NCBI RefSeq assembly: GCF_018977255.1
Contig: NW_024704743.1
Coordinates: 61,072,001-61,136,000, forward strand
Source: Callorhinchus milii
Lineage: Eukaryota
Length of the DNA: 64,000 nucleotides
Direction: 5' to 3'
The position numbers and the translations under genes are program-made. Of this stretch, positions 1 to 13,470 are shown one piece after another (position 1 is the stretch's first letter; every line of letters begins with the position of its first letter). Under the pieces are notes generated by a model that worked only from the letters and a program-made list of their open reading frames with translations, did not search any database and was not told the origin of the DNA.

Positions 1-252
1 AACCTGGTTGTTAGTCGGTTGGTGGATCGCTTTTCCGGGGATAATAATCCTTTCCAAACAAAAAAAAACAAGAATAAGAATTTGGTCACTCAATCCACGA
101 CTGTTTGTGGGACACTGTTGTGCGCAATTGGCTGCCGTGTTTCACCCACAGAATATAGTCAATTCACTTTACAGTATATTCTGTGAAGTGCTTTGAGACG
201 TCTAGAAGATGTGATAAGGCGCTATATCAAATGCAAGGATTATTATTATTAT
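1..252 (+). mobile_element. SINE 3' part, cut by the window edge
   Basis: Deu-like core and gcgctatatcaaatgcaaggattattatt tail. Confidence 0.88.
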
Positions 253-2059
253 TAATATTTGCAATTCAGAATTTTCACCATCAATAAAAAGTCCCATAAT
301 TCTTGGGAATGTTTCTATCTGCAGACATCAAAGCATAGCTATTGAAGATGTCCATTCTTCAAAGTGGAACAAATTGTGATTTATATTTGGAACATGAAGC
401 ATTCTACTTCAAATAAACTTTTAAAGTAACCTGGGTATAGGAGGCAGTTTGGCGGCTCACTTGACTGGTATTCCAAAGTTCACCACTGTCGATAATTTCT
501 CACATAACAAGCTCGCTATCTCAAACCAGGCTGTCCATTTAAATAAATTCACAAATAAAAAAAACAGGAGAAAAAGTGTTTGAATAGTAATCAAGGGATG
601 CTGTGCCAAGACCCTACAAAAGTGACAAGATCTATGGACTCTTCCTTCTGATTGATCTACCTGCCCAATTTCTCAGTACCATGTAAGCAATCATCCAATA
701 TTATCTAATTACATTTAAATGAATGTTCTGAAGTACAAAGCATAAAAAGATCCAAAGTGGGGCAATTTTTTTAATGGAAGAAAGTTTAGCTATCTTGTAG
801 GGTTTTCCTCATTCCTCAAATGGAGATCTTCCACATACCAATGGAATCTCCAGCTTGTTGCTGATTCAATAAGTGATGATTGCCAAGGAAAAAAACTGTA
901 AATCACTGTTATAGATGATTAATATTTGGAGATGATTTTTTCCAAGCCAATAAACTGTCCACAATCAACGATAGAAAGTTTCAGTCTAAAACTTACTATT
1001 TCTCAAGAGCCAGGTCACCGAGTACAAACTGGATGGATCTGGGTAAAGAATTTGACCTAATAATTCAATGTCGGGAACCAAGAACGCACAAGTGATGTTC
1101 AGCTCCATGTGCAAAGAAATCTAAGTGGCTATGATAGGAAATTGGTACTCACGTGAATGTACGACTTAAGTAATTATATGATTTATAAAAATATGACTTA
1201 CGTGAGTTTCACTGTATAGTAATGGGAGCAATTTGTGGGGATGTCTTTGACACTGTGACAAATGACATCATGGCATTTTGAAAAGTGGTTGTTCAAGTGA
1301 ATGTTTTCCCCTGTTAAACAGCACCTACTTTTCCTAGAGGAAGCTACAGCAACATCAAAGACAACTTGCATTTACAGAGCGGCCTTCATGCCGGGTAGTG
1401 TCCGGAGTGCTTAAGAATTATTATATAACAAATTTAAAATTACAAATCATTTAACGTTACAAATTTCACCAATATTCATTAACACTGATCTGCAGGTGCC
1501 TAGCTGTTCTCAAAAGAACACATAATGTGAAACTGGCAATCCCAGCATAATGTATGCGTCTTCTATAGAAGAAAAAATATGTGCCTGTTCACATTTGGCA
1601 CTGCACCAGAACTTCAGTGTCCTCTACCAGATATTTCCAATGGAGACCAGAGTTAATTCTCCCCATGCAATAAAGCTTAACAAGGTATAATAAATCCTGT
1701 CAGTTTCAGTTATAATGAGGAATTAGTCAGAATGTTATCTGCACCTGCAATCTTAAATCATTCATAATGGAATCAGACAATTTACATTTTAGGAGAAACA
1801 AGGTCATAATATCTGTATACAATAATAGATTTAAGCTATACTAAATGCTAATAAAGTTCAAAAAGAGCAAGCAGAAAACAAAATATTGGCACGGAAAGTG
1901 TAAAAATTCCATTAATCTAAATACAAAAGATATTACAATTTATTTTTATTTCTACTTGAAATAATCTTTGAAATGCAGGATACCCAACCCAGAAATATAT
2001 GCATCAGATTTTTCTCTCTAAACCATGCATATTAGAAAAAATTACTGTAAAATACATAC

Positions 2060-2200
2060 TGTGCAGAGATCCTTGTACTGGAGTTTCTGAAACTTGGTGT
2101 CAGAGTTTCCTGCACACAGTTCCACGTATCCAAGAACAACCTGAAACACTGTGTTATGAATGGCTTGAGTGAAGTGCATGTGCAACTGGTCCATTGCTGT
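2060..2200 (-). CDS. VPS50: VPS50 coding exon 12 ([47 protein letters not shown]); gene continues beyond the left edge
   Basis: 141 nt, CAG/GTATGT bounded; within ORF 2042-2224; near-identical to VPS50 as recalled. Confidence 0.96.
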
Positions 2201-3475
2201 CTGTACAAAAAGAATTTTAATCATATGTTAGTAGCACCGTAACCAGGAAAGTTTTATTATTATAATAATCTTTGCATATGATATAACTTCTTATCACATT
2301 GTCAACATTTTTCAAAGCGGTTCAAAGGATTTACTGTTAAGTGCAGTGATTATGTATGAGTACTTGGCAGCCAATTTGCACACAGCAATGTCCCACAAAC
2401 AACCATTAAATGAAAAAGGGCAGAAAATTGTGAGGGAGAAAGGAGATCTATAGACAATCACATCTTAGGTGACAAGAAAAACAAAAAAAGCTTGGTAATG
2501 CACCACATAAATTCCAGAGAACTGTGCTACAAGACAGTTCACATCTGCAATTCTCTATCCAGTGAAGCACGAACAACATTGATATTTTGCCTCGTGAGGG
2601 AGAGATGGTTACTCATAGAAAGCTGGTGTGTATCCTTATAATCACTTATTGGGAAGTAGAGGCTAGAGAGCAGAAGGTTTTCTTACCTTCTTGGTAAAGC
2701 CCAAGATGTCCAAAAACATGCATCACCTGAAAATCCCTAAAATTATTATTATTAACAAAAAAGCTATTTCAAGTTCAGAAAGATGATTCATTTGAATAAA
2801 CATGGCCCAAATTGGATCCAGTTTGATTTGTGAAATTCTCTGAATAATGTGAGGACTCCTAATACAGCTACTGAGGTTAGATGTGTTGTACAAACCATCC
2901 AATTTAACTGGCGGCAATACTGGCTGTATTTTTTCATTTATACCATGAATATGATTCTTCCAAAGTACTGAATTTTTTTCTGTATTCCCTCTCCCACCCC
3001 TCACTGACATTTGGTTGGCCTTAAAATTATGTAGCTTTGCATCTATAATGAGTTTGTTTGGGGTAGAAAAACAACAGAAGCAGGCAATCAGCTCATCAGA
3101 CTTGTTCCATTTAGAAATTGAATTGATTTGTTGAAGTTGAGTGCTGTGGAGACTGACCAGACCAATGGAAAGAAAGTTTTTCTCCCTATTTCTATACTGT
3201 AAAGCATCCGAGTTATTAGAATTCAAGTAGCCTCACAGTTTTTCAGCTAACTGTAAGCACACAGAGCAAAACAATCCATGATTCTCAAATGTGTTCAAAC
3301 ATGTCTTCAACAACCACTCGGGACTTCATAGAAGCATCGCCTTTGAGTAAGGGTGCACTCGTGTGCGAACTGGGCTGTTCCAGGGTGCTTGCTAACAGGG
3401 GATAGTTGCTGAATGGAGGTGGTTGCTTGAACAGTTTTTCTTGTAAATTGACAAGCAATTGCAGTCAAGTCAGAG

Positions 3476-3645
3476 ATCATAGAATCATAGAATCGTACAG
3501 CACAAAAAGAGGCCATTCGACCCATCGAGTCTGTGCCGGCTCTTTGAAAAGAGCAATGTAATGTCAATCCCACTCCCCAGCCCTTTCCCATAACCCTGCA
3601 AACCCGTCCTCCTTAAATACCCGTCCACCATGTTTTTAAAAGTTG
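3476..3645 (-). mobile_element. CR1 LINE 3' end fragment with ATTCTATG tail repeats
   Basis: Tail octamer repeats plus the typical CR1 3' UTR (gaatggcctc...gtgctgtac); CpGs retained. Confidence 0.85.
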
Positions 3646-4365
3646 TTAGCGATGAGCTGGCTCCAAAGTGACCTGCTTTTTAATGGAATGTCACAATCGA
3701 GGCCACCTTGTGATGGTCTCAGTAATCTGGTTCCTCAGATAGGATGTTTGTGTACTGCAGGACACAGCTGATGACAGGACAGCCAGCCTGGCTCATCGGC
3801 AGCACTTGAAGGGGCAAACCAGTCACTGGAGGCAGGGATTTTTCCCACACAGGAGAGAGTGTTCATTCCATTCCATTTGCTTAGATGACATAGAAATGTG
3901 AAACTCTGAATGATTTCAAATCGCTGCAAAAAAAGTCCTAGTGTTCATACCCAGCAGCTCCATAAATTGAACCAAATGAGGATAAAGTGAAGAAAGTGAC
4001 TGTCAGAGTCATTTCCTATTCTCTGCTCCAGGTATTTGGGGAGTGAAGATCACAATCCAATTCAATGGTGGTTTGCACTCTAACACTGGAAGTCCACGTA
4101 TCCTAGAACGATTTGGACCACTGGTGGTTTCAAAAATCAAGTGACATTGAAAAGCAAATCATTTATCGGGTGTTAGTTACCCATAAGGTATGGTGCGTTT
4201 TTACGTCTGTTAACTGGCATTAGCTCCATTCAGAATTAGGAACATAGGAACATAGGAATTAGGAGCAGGAGTAGACCATTCAGCCCCTCGAGCCTGTCCC
4301 GCCATTCAATAAGATCGTGGCTGAATCTTCTAACCCAACTCCATCTGCCTGCCTTATCCCAATAT
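3646..4365. repeat. Direct duplication, copy A (in VPS50 intron 11) of 63281-64000
   Basis: Base-by-base match at offset 59635; 5 substitutions seen, no indels. Confidence 0.97.
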
Positions 4366-5368
4366 CCCTTAATCCCTCTGTCCTTTAGAAACCAATCAAT
4401 CTCAGTCTTGAATATGTTCAAGGACTGAGCATCTACAGCCTTCTGGAATAGAGAATTCCATAAATTCACTACCCTCTGAGTGAAGAAATGTTTCCTCAAC
4501 TCTGTTCTAAAAGGCTGACCCTTAATTTTAAGACTGTGACCCCTGGTTATAGATTCTCCTACCAGGGGAAACAGACCCTCAGTGTCTACTTTATCCAGCC
4601 CTTTAAGAATCTTATATGTTTCAATAAGATCTCCCCTAATTCTTCTGTACTCTAGAGAATATAGCCCTAGTTTATTCAGCCTATCCTCATAGGTCAGTCC
4701 CCTCATCCCAGGAACTAACCTAGTGAATATACGCTGCACACTCTCTAGGGCAAGTATGTCTTTTTTTAAATAAGGAGACCAAAACTGCGCACAACACTCC
4801 AGGTGCGGTCTCACCAAGGCCCTATACAGAAGCAGCAAGACTTCCCTACTCTTGTACTCTAAACCTTTTGCAATGAACGCTAACATGCCGTTCACCTTCT
4901 TAGTTGCTTGCTGCACCTGCAAACTAACTTTTTGAGACTGGTGTACAAGGACACCCAAATCCCTCTGAACACTAACACTATCTAATCTCTCCCCCTCTAG
5001 AAAATAATCTGTTTTTCTATTTTTGCTACCTAGGTGAATAACTTCACACTTCCCCACATTATATTCCATCTGCCACCTTCTTGTCCACGCTCCTAGCCTA
5101 TCTATATCCCGTTGCAATCTTTTTGCATCATCCTCAGAGCTTACTCTCCCACCTAGTTTAGTGTCATCCACGAATTTAGATGCGTTACATTCAATGTCCT
5201 CTTCTAGATCACTGATGTAAATTGTAAATAGCTGAGGCCCAAGCACTGATCCTTGTGGCACTCCACTAGTCACATTCTGCCAATTCGAGAATGACCCGTT
5301 TATCCCTACTCTCTGTTTTCTACCCGTTAGCCACTCTTCAATCCATGCTGATATGTTCCGATTAATCC
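4237..5368 (-). mobile_element. Young 5'-truncated CR1-clade LINE (RT C-terminal half, 3' UTR, TTCCTATG tail repeats)
   Basis: ORF 4236-5450 has SGVPQGSVLGP, KFVDDTKL and LVRPHLE motifs in one open frame. Confidence 0.95.
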
Positions 5369-7532
5369 CGATCTTCATCCTCATGTTCAAATCCCTACCA
5401 ACACCTCGCCATACATTCCTTCTGCGAACTCCTGCAATCCCATTGCCCAATCCACTCCCTCTGCTCAGTCTGCTTCATATCCCCCCCCAACCATAATGCC
5501 CCCAGTCTTTCACCTCGCCCTTCTCTGCAGTTTAAAGCCCGCCTTGAGACACTTCTTTTCAACTGCACTTCGGTCACCACCCCAATCTTCCTGAGCTCCC
5601 CCCACCCTGGACTTAGGCTCCCATTCAGCTTAGCAAAGTACTTTGAGACACCTACCTGCTGTGAAAGTGTTTTTTAAATAATATATATATATATTTATTT
5701 GTTGATATATATTTATGCTGGTCTCAGACAGTATCAAACCCATTCCAGAAAAAAAGACGCAACATGTTACTATCCTGTGGCGGGGTGGGGGGGGAGGGGG
5801 GGTGCCCTGCGCACTCCACTTTGGTGAAGGGACCAATGGTTCCCTGCCTCGGGGTTCTGCCGCCCTTTGCAGTGCGAAGTTATTAATGGAGTCTTGTACC
5901 CTCCTCCCTATCCCTCCCCGGAACATACGCCAGAAAACCTCGTAAACACGAAGGTGCTACATGAATGCAAAATTGTTGTTGTGGATTTTAGTCCATTATT
6001 CAGGCAGTCAGACTTCCAGGCTATCTCTGGAACTCCATACCAGAGTCCCTACGACTCACCTGTTTCATCACCTTCAAGATCTGTCCTCTTTTCTGTGCCT
6101 TTGGACAACTTTCCTCCTCCCCCCCACCCCTCTCAACATCCACTCAGCTTGGCTCCCATACCAGTTTGGGTGCCAACCTTGGACTGTCCAGCACCTTGGG
6201 ACATCCTCTCGACGTAAAAGGTATTATATAAATCAAAATTTGTTGTTGTTATTGTGGGAATTAAACTGTAACAATTTATACTTGACTTCATCAGCTGATG
6301 TTGGAGGAGAAGGCTTAACAAAACATCCCAGGAATGACTCCCTTCCATTTACAAAGACCAAGATCCTTCTTTTGCTATTCTGGATAGGAATATATTAACC
6401 TAAATCAATTATAATTGAGAAGTCCAAAATCCATCATACATTGTTAATCCCAATCTACATTTCCTTCAATTATATTTGTCTGCTCAAGGATAGCAGCTTC
6501 CTTATTCTGCCATTAGAGTCTGGTTAATTTAAAAATTAGACCTGTTCTAAGTCAATAAATGACTGTAAAGGTTAGCCTGTACACCCGCATCTTCAATTTC
6601 AAAAACCCTGTCAAAATTTCTACTCCCAGTTACAGGATTATTAGGCTGCACTGTAAATGTAAGTTGGTGCAGCTGGAACTGTTTATCCTTATTACTGAAC
6701 CGTTTGCTACATCTGTGCATCCTATCAACTTCTGCAACATTAGGTCGGTATCAATTATCGTCTTTTTAAAGTCCATCAATACATCTCCTTTAATTCACCA
6801 TAAAAGTAATAAAACTTGATGGATTTTGTTGAAAAGTCTCAAAGCACGTCAAAAGTAATTACTCTCAATTGCAGTAATTGTTTTGTAGGCCAACCTTTGC
6901 AGGCAATTATGTCGGCAAATACCCATAAATAACCATGAATGATGGGTGTCCAAATAAGGTGGAGAATTATTGACGAAAGAGCACTGTGTGAATCTCCCTT
7001 ATCCTTTCGAATAGTGTCATGGGATGTCCACCTAAAAACAAGAAAATGAGTATGACATCTCTAACAGCACTCCCCCAGCACTGATCCAGGGTCAGCATTG
7101 ACGATGATCTTACGTCCCATCATTGGGTTTGACCCCACGCTACCAACTGAGCCAAATGACATTTATATATTCATTATTTCACTGAACAATGATAAACGGC
7201 ACATGAGCCGAAAGGATAGCCACCTCAATTTGGAGTCCCAGAAGATTTTAAGTAGTTTCACAATTGCTCATTAAGATTACCCTAGGAGAACAATATTTTT
7301 TTCTACTTATTTAAAGGTCGGTTAGCCAGTACAGTGGTGAGTTTCTAAGATCAGCAAATAACAACAAACTCATTCTACCTTTTTCATAAGAGCCCCATCT
7401 CCTCACCTCTCACATTTCTCAATCATCCCCCGCAGCTTATAGTAGCCAAGTTGGGTGTTCTGGCTTCTTCCAAAACGTGCAGGACCTCAACCACACACAG
7501 GTAAGCATGCACTCATCATAGAATATAACAAC

Positions 7533-7910
7533 AATAATAATAATCCTTGCATTTGATATAGCACTTTTCACATCCTAATTGCGCACAGCAGTGTCCCACA
7601 AACAGTCGTGGATTGAGTGACCAAATTATTATTTTATTTATTTTTTTCTTGAGGGATTATTAACAGGCATGTGGAGTAAGGAAACTTGCCCAAAGTTTCA
7701 TCCTGCCGGGAATTGAAGCCAGGTCTCTCGCTTGCAAGGTGAGTACTATAAACACTGAGCTATAGACTCCAGCATAATATTATTAATATAATAATATAAG
7801 AAGAATCCTTGCATTTGACATTGTGCCTTATCACATCTTTGAGACGTCTTAAAGCACTTCACAGAATATACTGTAAAGTGAATTGGCTGTATATTTTGTG
7901 GGCGAAATAT
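7533..7910 (-). mobile_element. Two adjacent SINE pieces (7533-7770 internally deleted with head; ~7795-7910 tail only)
   Basis: Same family motifs. Confidence 0.82.
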
Positions 7911-9880
7911 ATCAAACAGAAAGACAATAATTTTCCAGGTTTTGAAAGCAACTAGAGATTCCAATATGTGTGCAGCTTATATAACTTGTCGATCATTTCA
8001 CCCAAGCTATTGGAAACATGAATGACAGGCAAGTATGAATATGTTCATATTAGTTACAGCATTTTGTTTTTTTTTATCTTATTTAAAGAATGAGAAGTTT
8101 TAGGATTTGATTTGCTGACATCACCCTTCCCGAATCTAACCCCCAGCTTGGGTGTAAACCTTTGAATTCAAGTGCCTTGGGACATCCTGCTGACATGAAA
8201 CGCGCTATATGAATCAAATTTGTTGTTTCACTGAAGCCAAAATGTTACCCATAGCCAGACCACCATCACAGAGAACTTCATTGGTGAAGTGTCATGAAGT
8301 TGAAACAGTAAAAAAAATGTTGATCAGGCAGCATTTGTAAATCAAAGTCATTGCAATAATTGCAAGATATGATCCGTGGCTGAAATTGCTAAATCTGCTA
8401 CCAATTTCTTTTTGTTGAAAAATGAGTAAGAATAGTGATCCCAAAGGCAGGAAAAGGATACTTTGCAGCCGGTATTCTGTATTTTGACCTTTTGTCAGAC
8501 CTTCGGGCAGTTTCTCAGAATATTCAGATAGAATTTATGACTGTAGCAATACAAATCCAGAACAAAGTCTTAGCATAAGAAAAGGCACTATTCTTAACCA
8601 GCTGTGAATGTGCTGCCATTTAGTTGAGTCCATTAGGTTTATGGTAGCAAACACATTCCAACTACTCGGCTTATTTTTCCAGTGACATTATGTGGCAAAA
8701 AGGTCAAATTAATCAGTGTCTCGATTTATCTTAGAAAACTATCTTCATTCAGTTCTGAAAATTCTTGGTTTGTTTAGTTGACTCTAATTTACAGGCACCA
8801 AGTATTGCCATATTTTAACAATCGTATCCAAACTCATAAAATCTAACAAATACTTGACGGGGACAGGAAGAAAAAGCACAAGGAGAACAAACTGTAAATC
8901 AATCAGAAAAATAAACAGCAATTCAATCTACAGAGTAGACACACTGTGAGGGAACCACTGGCCATTCATTACCCTCCGCTGTCTGCTCAACTGGAAGAGC
9001 GAGAGAGAGACATTTATAATATACCAAGATTCTCCCATTAAATCTATTTAAAGATTGTACTTTTCATGTGAAAATGAAAGTAATGAAACATAAAGCACAT
9101 AAGATGTCACGACAAAGGCATTGAAAGTGGACTCAACTTATGATACGGCATCCGCAGCCTTAACAAGAGAACGATTTGGAGTAAATAGTATGAATCTGGT
9201 TTACTGCTTCAATCATTCCACTAGACCGGAGTGGTCCGACAGGAGGCACGCAGGCCGCCAGTAGCCTGGTGGGTGAACATGCCCAGTTTATCTAATCGCT
9301 CTCTGTAATTCTGTCCCTCCACCTCTCAATTATTTTGGTTGCTCTCCTCTGTATTCTCTCAATTGGATACAAGTTATGATATAGCCTGCCGCTGTGTTCA
9401 AGTCCTCCTGTAACCTATCCTATTCATCTTTGCAGACTACCACCTTCATTAGCTAAGTGAGAATGTTTGGAAGGAATAGTACAAAGGAGTTTCTCCCGGT
9501 GACCTGGCCAACAATTCTCCAGATAAAACTGGTCATTCACTTCATGGCTTCATGGTTTGTGGGACACTGCTGTGCACAAATTGGTTATTGCGATCAAGTA
9601 CAAAATACACTTCAGTAAACTTTACAGTGAACTATTGTGAAACACTTTGAAATATCCTCCCGACGTGAAAGATACTATATCAGATGCAAAGTAGTGTATT
9701 ATTATTATTATTATTATCAGTATAGTGCCCAATATATCAAATCACTCTATTACAAGCACATTGAAACACTAGCTGCAGTGTAACTGAGGGATCAAAATCA
9801 CTGAAGCTCAGGTTGGAGAGTAAATGCCAAATGCATTCATTTAGAGAGTATGAACAAAGCATTTATTAACTTGAACTTAC

Positions 9881-9979
9881 TTGGGTTTTTCCCAGCAATC
9901 GATAAGCTAGCTGGACCTTGGTGTAATGACCAACTTCAAAGTGTTTGCAGGTTTTTGACAGTGCCACATCTAGTTGTTC
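9881..9979 (-). CDS. VPS50: VPS50 coding exon 11 ([33 protein letters not shown])
   Basis: 99 nt, TAG/GTAAG bounded. Confidence 0.96.
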
Positions 9980-10921
9980 CTAGGTAAAAGTAACATTGAA
10001 AAAGAAAATGACATCTTAATATTTTAATATTTAATATATTATTAGACCATTTGCAATTGTTTTTTTTAAAAAACCTAAAAGTTAATAATGTTTCTAATAG
10101 TCAGTTATAATGTATCAGTTTCTGAAGCTTTATTATTGATTCTACATTTCACGTTAATTGTAACTAACGGTCTTTTATTGAATATTTTGGACTATTCTTA
10201 TTCAGCATGCAATTGGATAAAAGTACCTGAAATGCCATACAATTAATTTAGTTCTATGAGACATATTTATTGTATCTCAAAGCAAATTATTTAGGCAAAC
10301 CAGACCAAAAAGTAAATAACAGGAAAATATGTATCCAGTCTGAATACAAATTGTGGCAGAGGAACTCTGTTTGAAAAAAAATCAGATGATGAAGTAATAA
10401 ATAAAGGATACCAAATTGAAACAATTGAAAAGTTTTTAGGTGGTGAGGTTTCTCAGCTCTCTGAAGCAAAGTGAATGAGACTCGAGTCTGAACAGGATTT
10501 CTCTCAAGAATGTCATGTTGAACGTTTCCTGGTGTTTGGACGAGAACATTGCTCACAATAGATACAATTATTTGGCTTCACATTTTTTTTGTGGGGGAGA
10601 GAGCATTAGATTGGTGCATTATACCTTTCTCCCGTATTTTAAATCAAGCTTAAGGATCACAAAGCAAATACTGTCTCTGTTCTTAATCTCCAAGCCCATG
10701 ATTTCTAGCTCTCCTAATGAGAAAACTGGCCTCATTGGCTCACGTGCGTTTTTTGCTTTTCCAGCTATTCTTATCAACCCTGCTGCTGCATTATACTTTT
10801 GACCTGAGGCTTTCACTAAGGTTCTTAATAAAAAAAATCTTTTAGAAAGATCTTCTCTTTGTACATGCAGTATTTTAATAATCACTGAAAGCAAATAGTA
10901 TTTGTGAATTAAGATCCTTAC

Positions 10922-10964
10922 CTCAATTTGTTCTAAAGTATCTTGCAATTTTGAATTCAGTTCA
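10922..10964 (-). CDS. VPS50: VPS50 coding exon 10 (ELNSKLQDTLEQIE)
   Basis: 43 nt, AAG/GTAAG bounded, phase 2/0. Confidence 0.95.
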
Positions 10965-12559
10965 CTTTAAAAGCAAAAACAAAAAAATTACATTGTGGAT
11001 TTTCTTTAAAAACAAATCAAGCCATAAATGCCATTTCATCCTGCAGATTGTCTAGACGCATTATCCTTCTGAAGCCATAAATTGGAAATTAATCCTACCT
11101 CTCATAAAACTGCAAGTGTTTGATTGCATTTTATTAGGAAACATTTAGTAATGTAACATAAATTCTTCACGGGCCTCTATAAAAGATAAAATGGTATCTA
11201 CATTATTACGCAAGTAAAAGAAGTTAAATGGCTTGGTTTTTTTCTAAGTTAATTATACCACAGTATTTTATTTTTGGCTGTTGTTCTAAATGTAAATTAT
11301 AGTATAATATAGTATATTTTATAATTGTACTTGCATTAAACAGAAATCAATTGTACTAACACTGATAAAGGCTGAAACGGACATTCACAAATTGTGATAT
11401 ACATATTTGAAGGGAGAAGAGGAGAGACACTGCAGAAGGTCATACAGACACATCTGTACACATGTATCTACAATAAAATTTAATCTATTGCCTGAAATAC
11501 TAAATCACGCTATTTAACGCTTTAAAATGTGAATGAACTCAGTGTAAAATTGTCTTAGTGTGTCTAAAATGTATATCAAATCATATAAAAATATTATACT
11601 TAATAGAAATAAAGGTGAAAATTCATTTGTCTTTAACATAAAATGGAACAATCAGGTGAAAATGGCATCAGATTTGCAGGAAATATAAACCAGGTTTCTG
11701 GCTGAAAAGATAAAGACAGAAGGAGGTTGAATTTTAAAACTAATTTTAATTTATGCTATAATAAAAAGAGGATTTCTTTTCAGATGGGTGGGATTAGAGC
11801 TTAAGCGTAAAGCCAGAAAATAACTAATGTACTACGCAAGTCAGATGCACAATTACATTCACTGGAGCTTTAAATCAGAACAGATTTGGATCTACAAATC
11901 AAGCGGCTACTGGATATGTCAGCGAATCACACCTCAGTAAAGCATTATCACCAGTTAAATTAAATGTGGATGGTATAACAAAGGTTTACAGAAAATACCT
12001 AGTTGTAATGCAGAATATAAACTTCAATTTAAAACATGTAAAGAGAATTTACATAAAAACAGTATATAATCCAAGAAGATACCTCTGGTGCCACACAAAA
12101 AACAAAGTAGACAGTCTTCCAGACAAAGTGCCCCATAAAAGCCAGTAACAAGGGTTATAAGATGTGACTTAACTGCTACAAATAAAAGTTAATGCAAAAT
12201 TTCTCTTAATCCATTTCACTTAAGAGAAAAGAATGCTGGGAGCCGAGGGGAGAGAAAAGGAGTAGTTTCTGTTCAACATGTTCCCTACTAGATATAAAAC
12301 AACAGCTAGGATCACCTTAACTATCAGGACTTTGGATTACAGTGTTAACAGGAGCTGAGTCTGTCCCTGCAGACTGGCTGGTCTGACATGAGTAGTTCCT
12401 TGGCATACTGTGAACCCACCTGGCTCAGGAACATCCTATAGATTTGATTCAATGCTGACATCCTGTTGATGAGCACATCACCTTGGGAGTCAGCACCCCC
12501 CTCCCCCCCTCACCAAGTGCGACAGTAAGAACATATTTCTAAATGAACTCATTTCCACT

Positions 12560-13470
12560 TGTAGGGGAGTAGGTGACTAGGGGCCATAGTTATAAGATTG
12601 CCAGAAGACAAGTGAAAGGAGACCTTAGGCAATTGTTTTTCACTTAAGAGAGTTGTTGGGATGTGGAATGCCCTGCCAAGTATGGTGTTAGCGGCAAATG
12701 TTAATCGTGGCTTCCAAGAGTGAAGTAACAACAACAACAACAAGATTCCATTTATAAAGCACCTTTCACGTCAGGAGGACGTCCCAAGGCGCTGCACAGT
12801 TGGGTCATGACCCGAGCATTGGGGGGAAATGGTCAGGGTGAGGGGAGGGAAGGGAGGGAGCGAGGAGGGGGAAATGGTCAGGGTGAGGGGAGGGAAGGGA
12901 GGGAGAGAGGAGGGGGAAATGGTCAGGGTGAGGGGAAGGAAGGGAGGAGCGAGGAGGAGGAAGAGAGTCGAGAGGGGAGCTGAAGGCACGGTCAAAGAGA
13001 AAGGTTTTGAGACCGGCCTTGAAGGAGGAAAGGGAGGAGGCGGCGAAGGCACTGGGGGATGGAGTTCCAGAGCCTCGGGGCTGAGAGGCTGAAGGCCCGA
13101 CCACCGATAGTAGGGCGGTTGGGGCGGGGGACGTGGAGCAGACCGGAGCCAGAGGAACGGAGGGTACGGGCAGGTAGGTAGGGGGATAGTAGGTTGGAGA
13201 GGTAGGAGGGAGCGAGGCCGTGAATGGCCTTGTAGGTGAGGATGAGGATCTTGAAATCAAATTATTCAAGAGCATTTTACACTTCTGAAGTGTGGCTTTA
13301 ATACTCAAAACACAAATACCACTTTTGGACAGGTATGTGAAGGATAGACTCGTGAAGGGGTATGGGAATAAGGCAGTGGGACTTATTGAACATCTTGCTC
13401 TGAGACCGAAGGCAGACTCGATATGCTGAATGGCCGCCTTCTGTACTACACATTTCTATGATTCTGTGAT
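12560..13470 (+). mobile_element. Old CR1 3' fragment split by an L2 insertion (pieces ~12560-12726 and ~13326-13470)
   Basis: RGHSYK/FFT-RVV-WNALP-like coding remnant resumes after the insertion and ends in a ttctatgattctgtga tail. Confidence 0.75.
12727..13260 (-). mobile_element. 5'-truncated L2-clade LINE with (TTG)n tail; contains a 45-bp unit repeated ~3x (12822-12960)
   Basis: SLSSFKAGLKTFLFDRAF C-terminus; tail shared with other L2 copies. Confidence 0.85.

Noticed and set aside
1..2059. VPS50 exon 13 here, and upstream HEPACAM2 Ig exons in 58330-64000
   Set aside because: Searched by eye and not found; presumed to lie outside the window
2723..3226. 167-aa minus-strand ORF, and similar AT-rich ORFs such as 61657-62049
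   Set aside because: No recognisable homology or exon logic; intronic chance ORFs
4236..5450. 404-aa reverse transcriptase ORF as a host gene or retron-like system
   Set aside because: 5'-truncated CR1 ORF2 fragment without endonuclease; its N-terminal residues come from adjacent L2 sequence; catalytic motif reads FVDD
12822..12960. 45-bp direct repeats as a CRISPR-like array
   Set aside because: No unique spacers; simple tandem expansion inside an L2 3' region in a vertebrate genome
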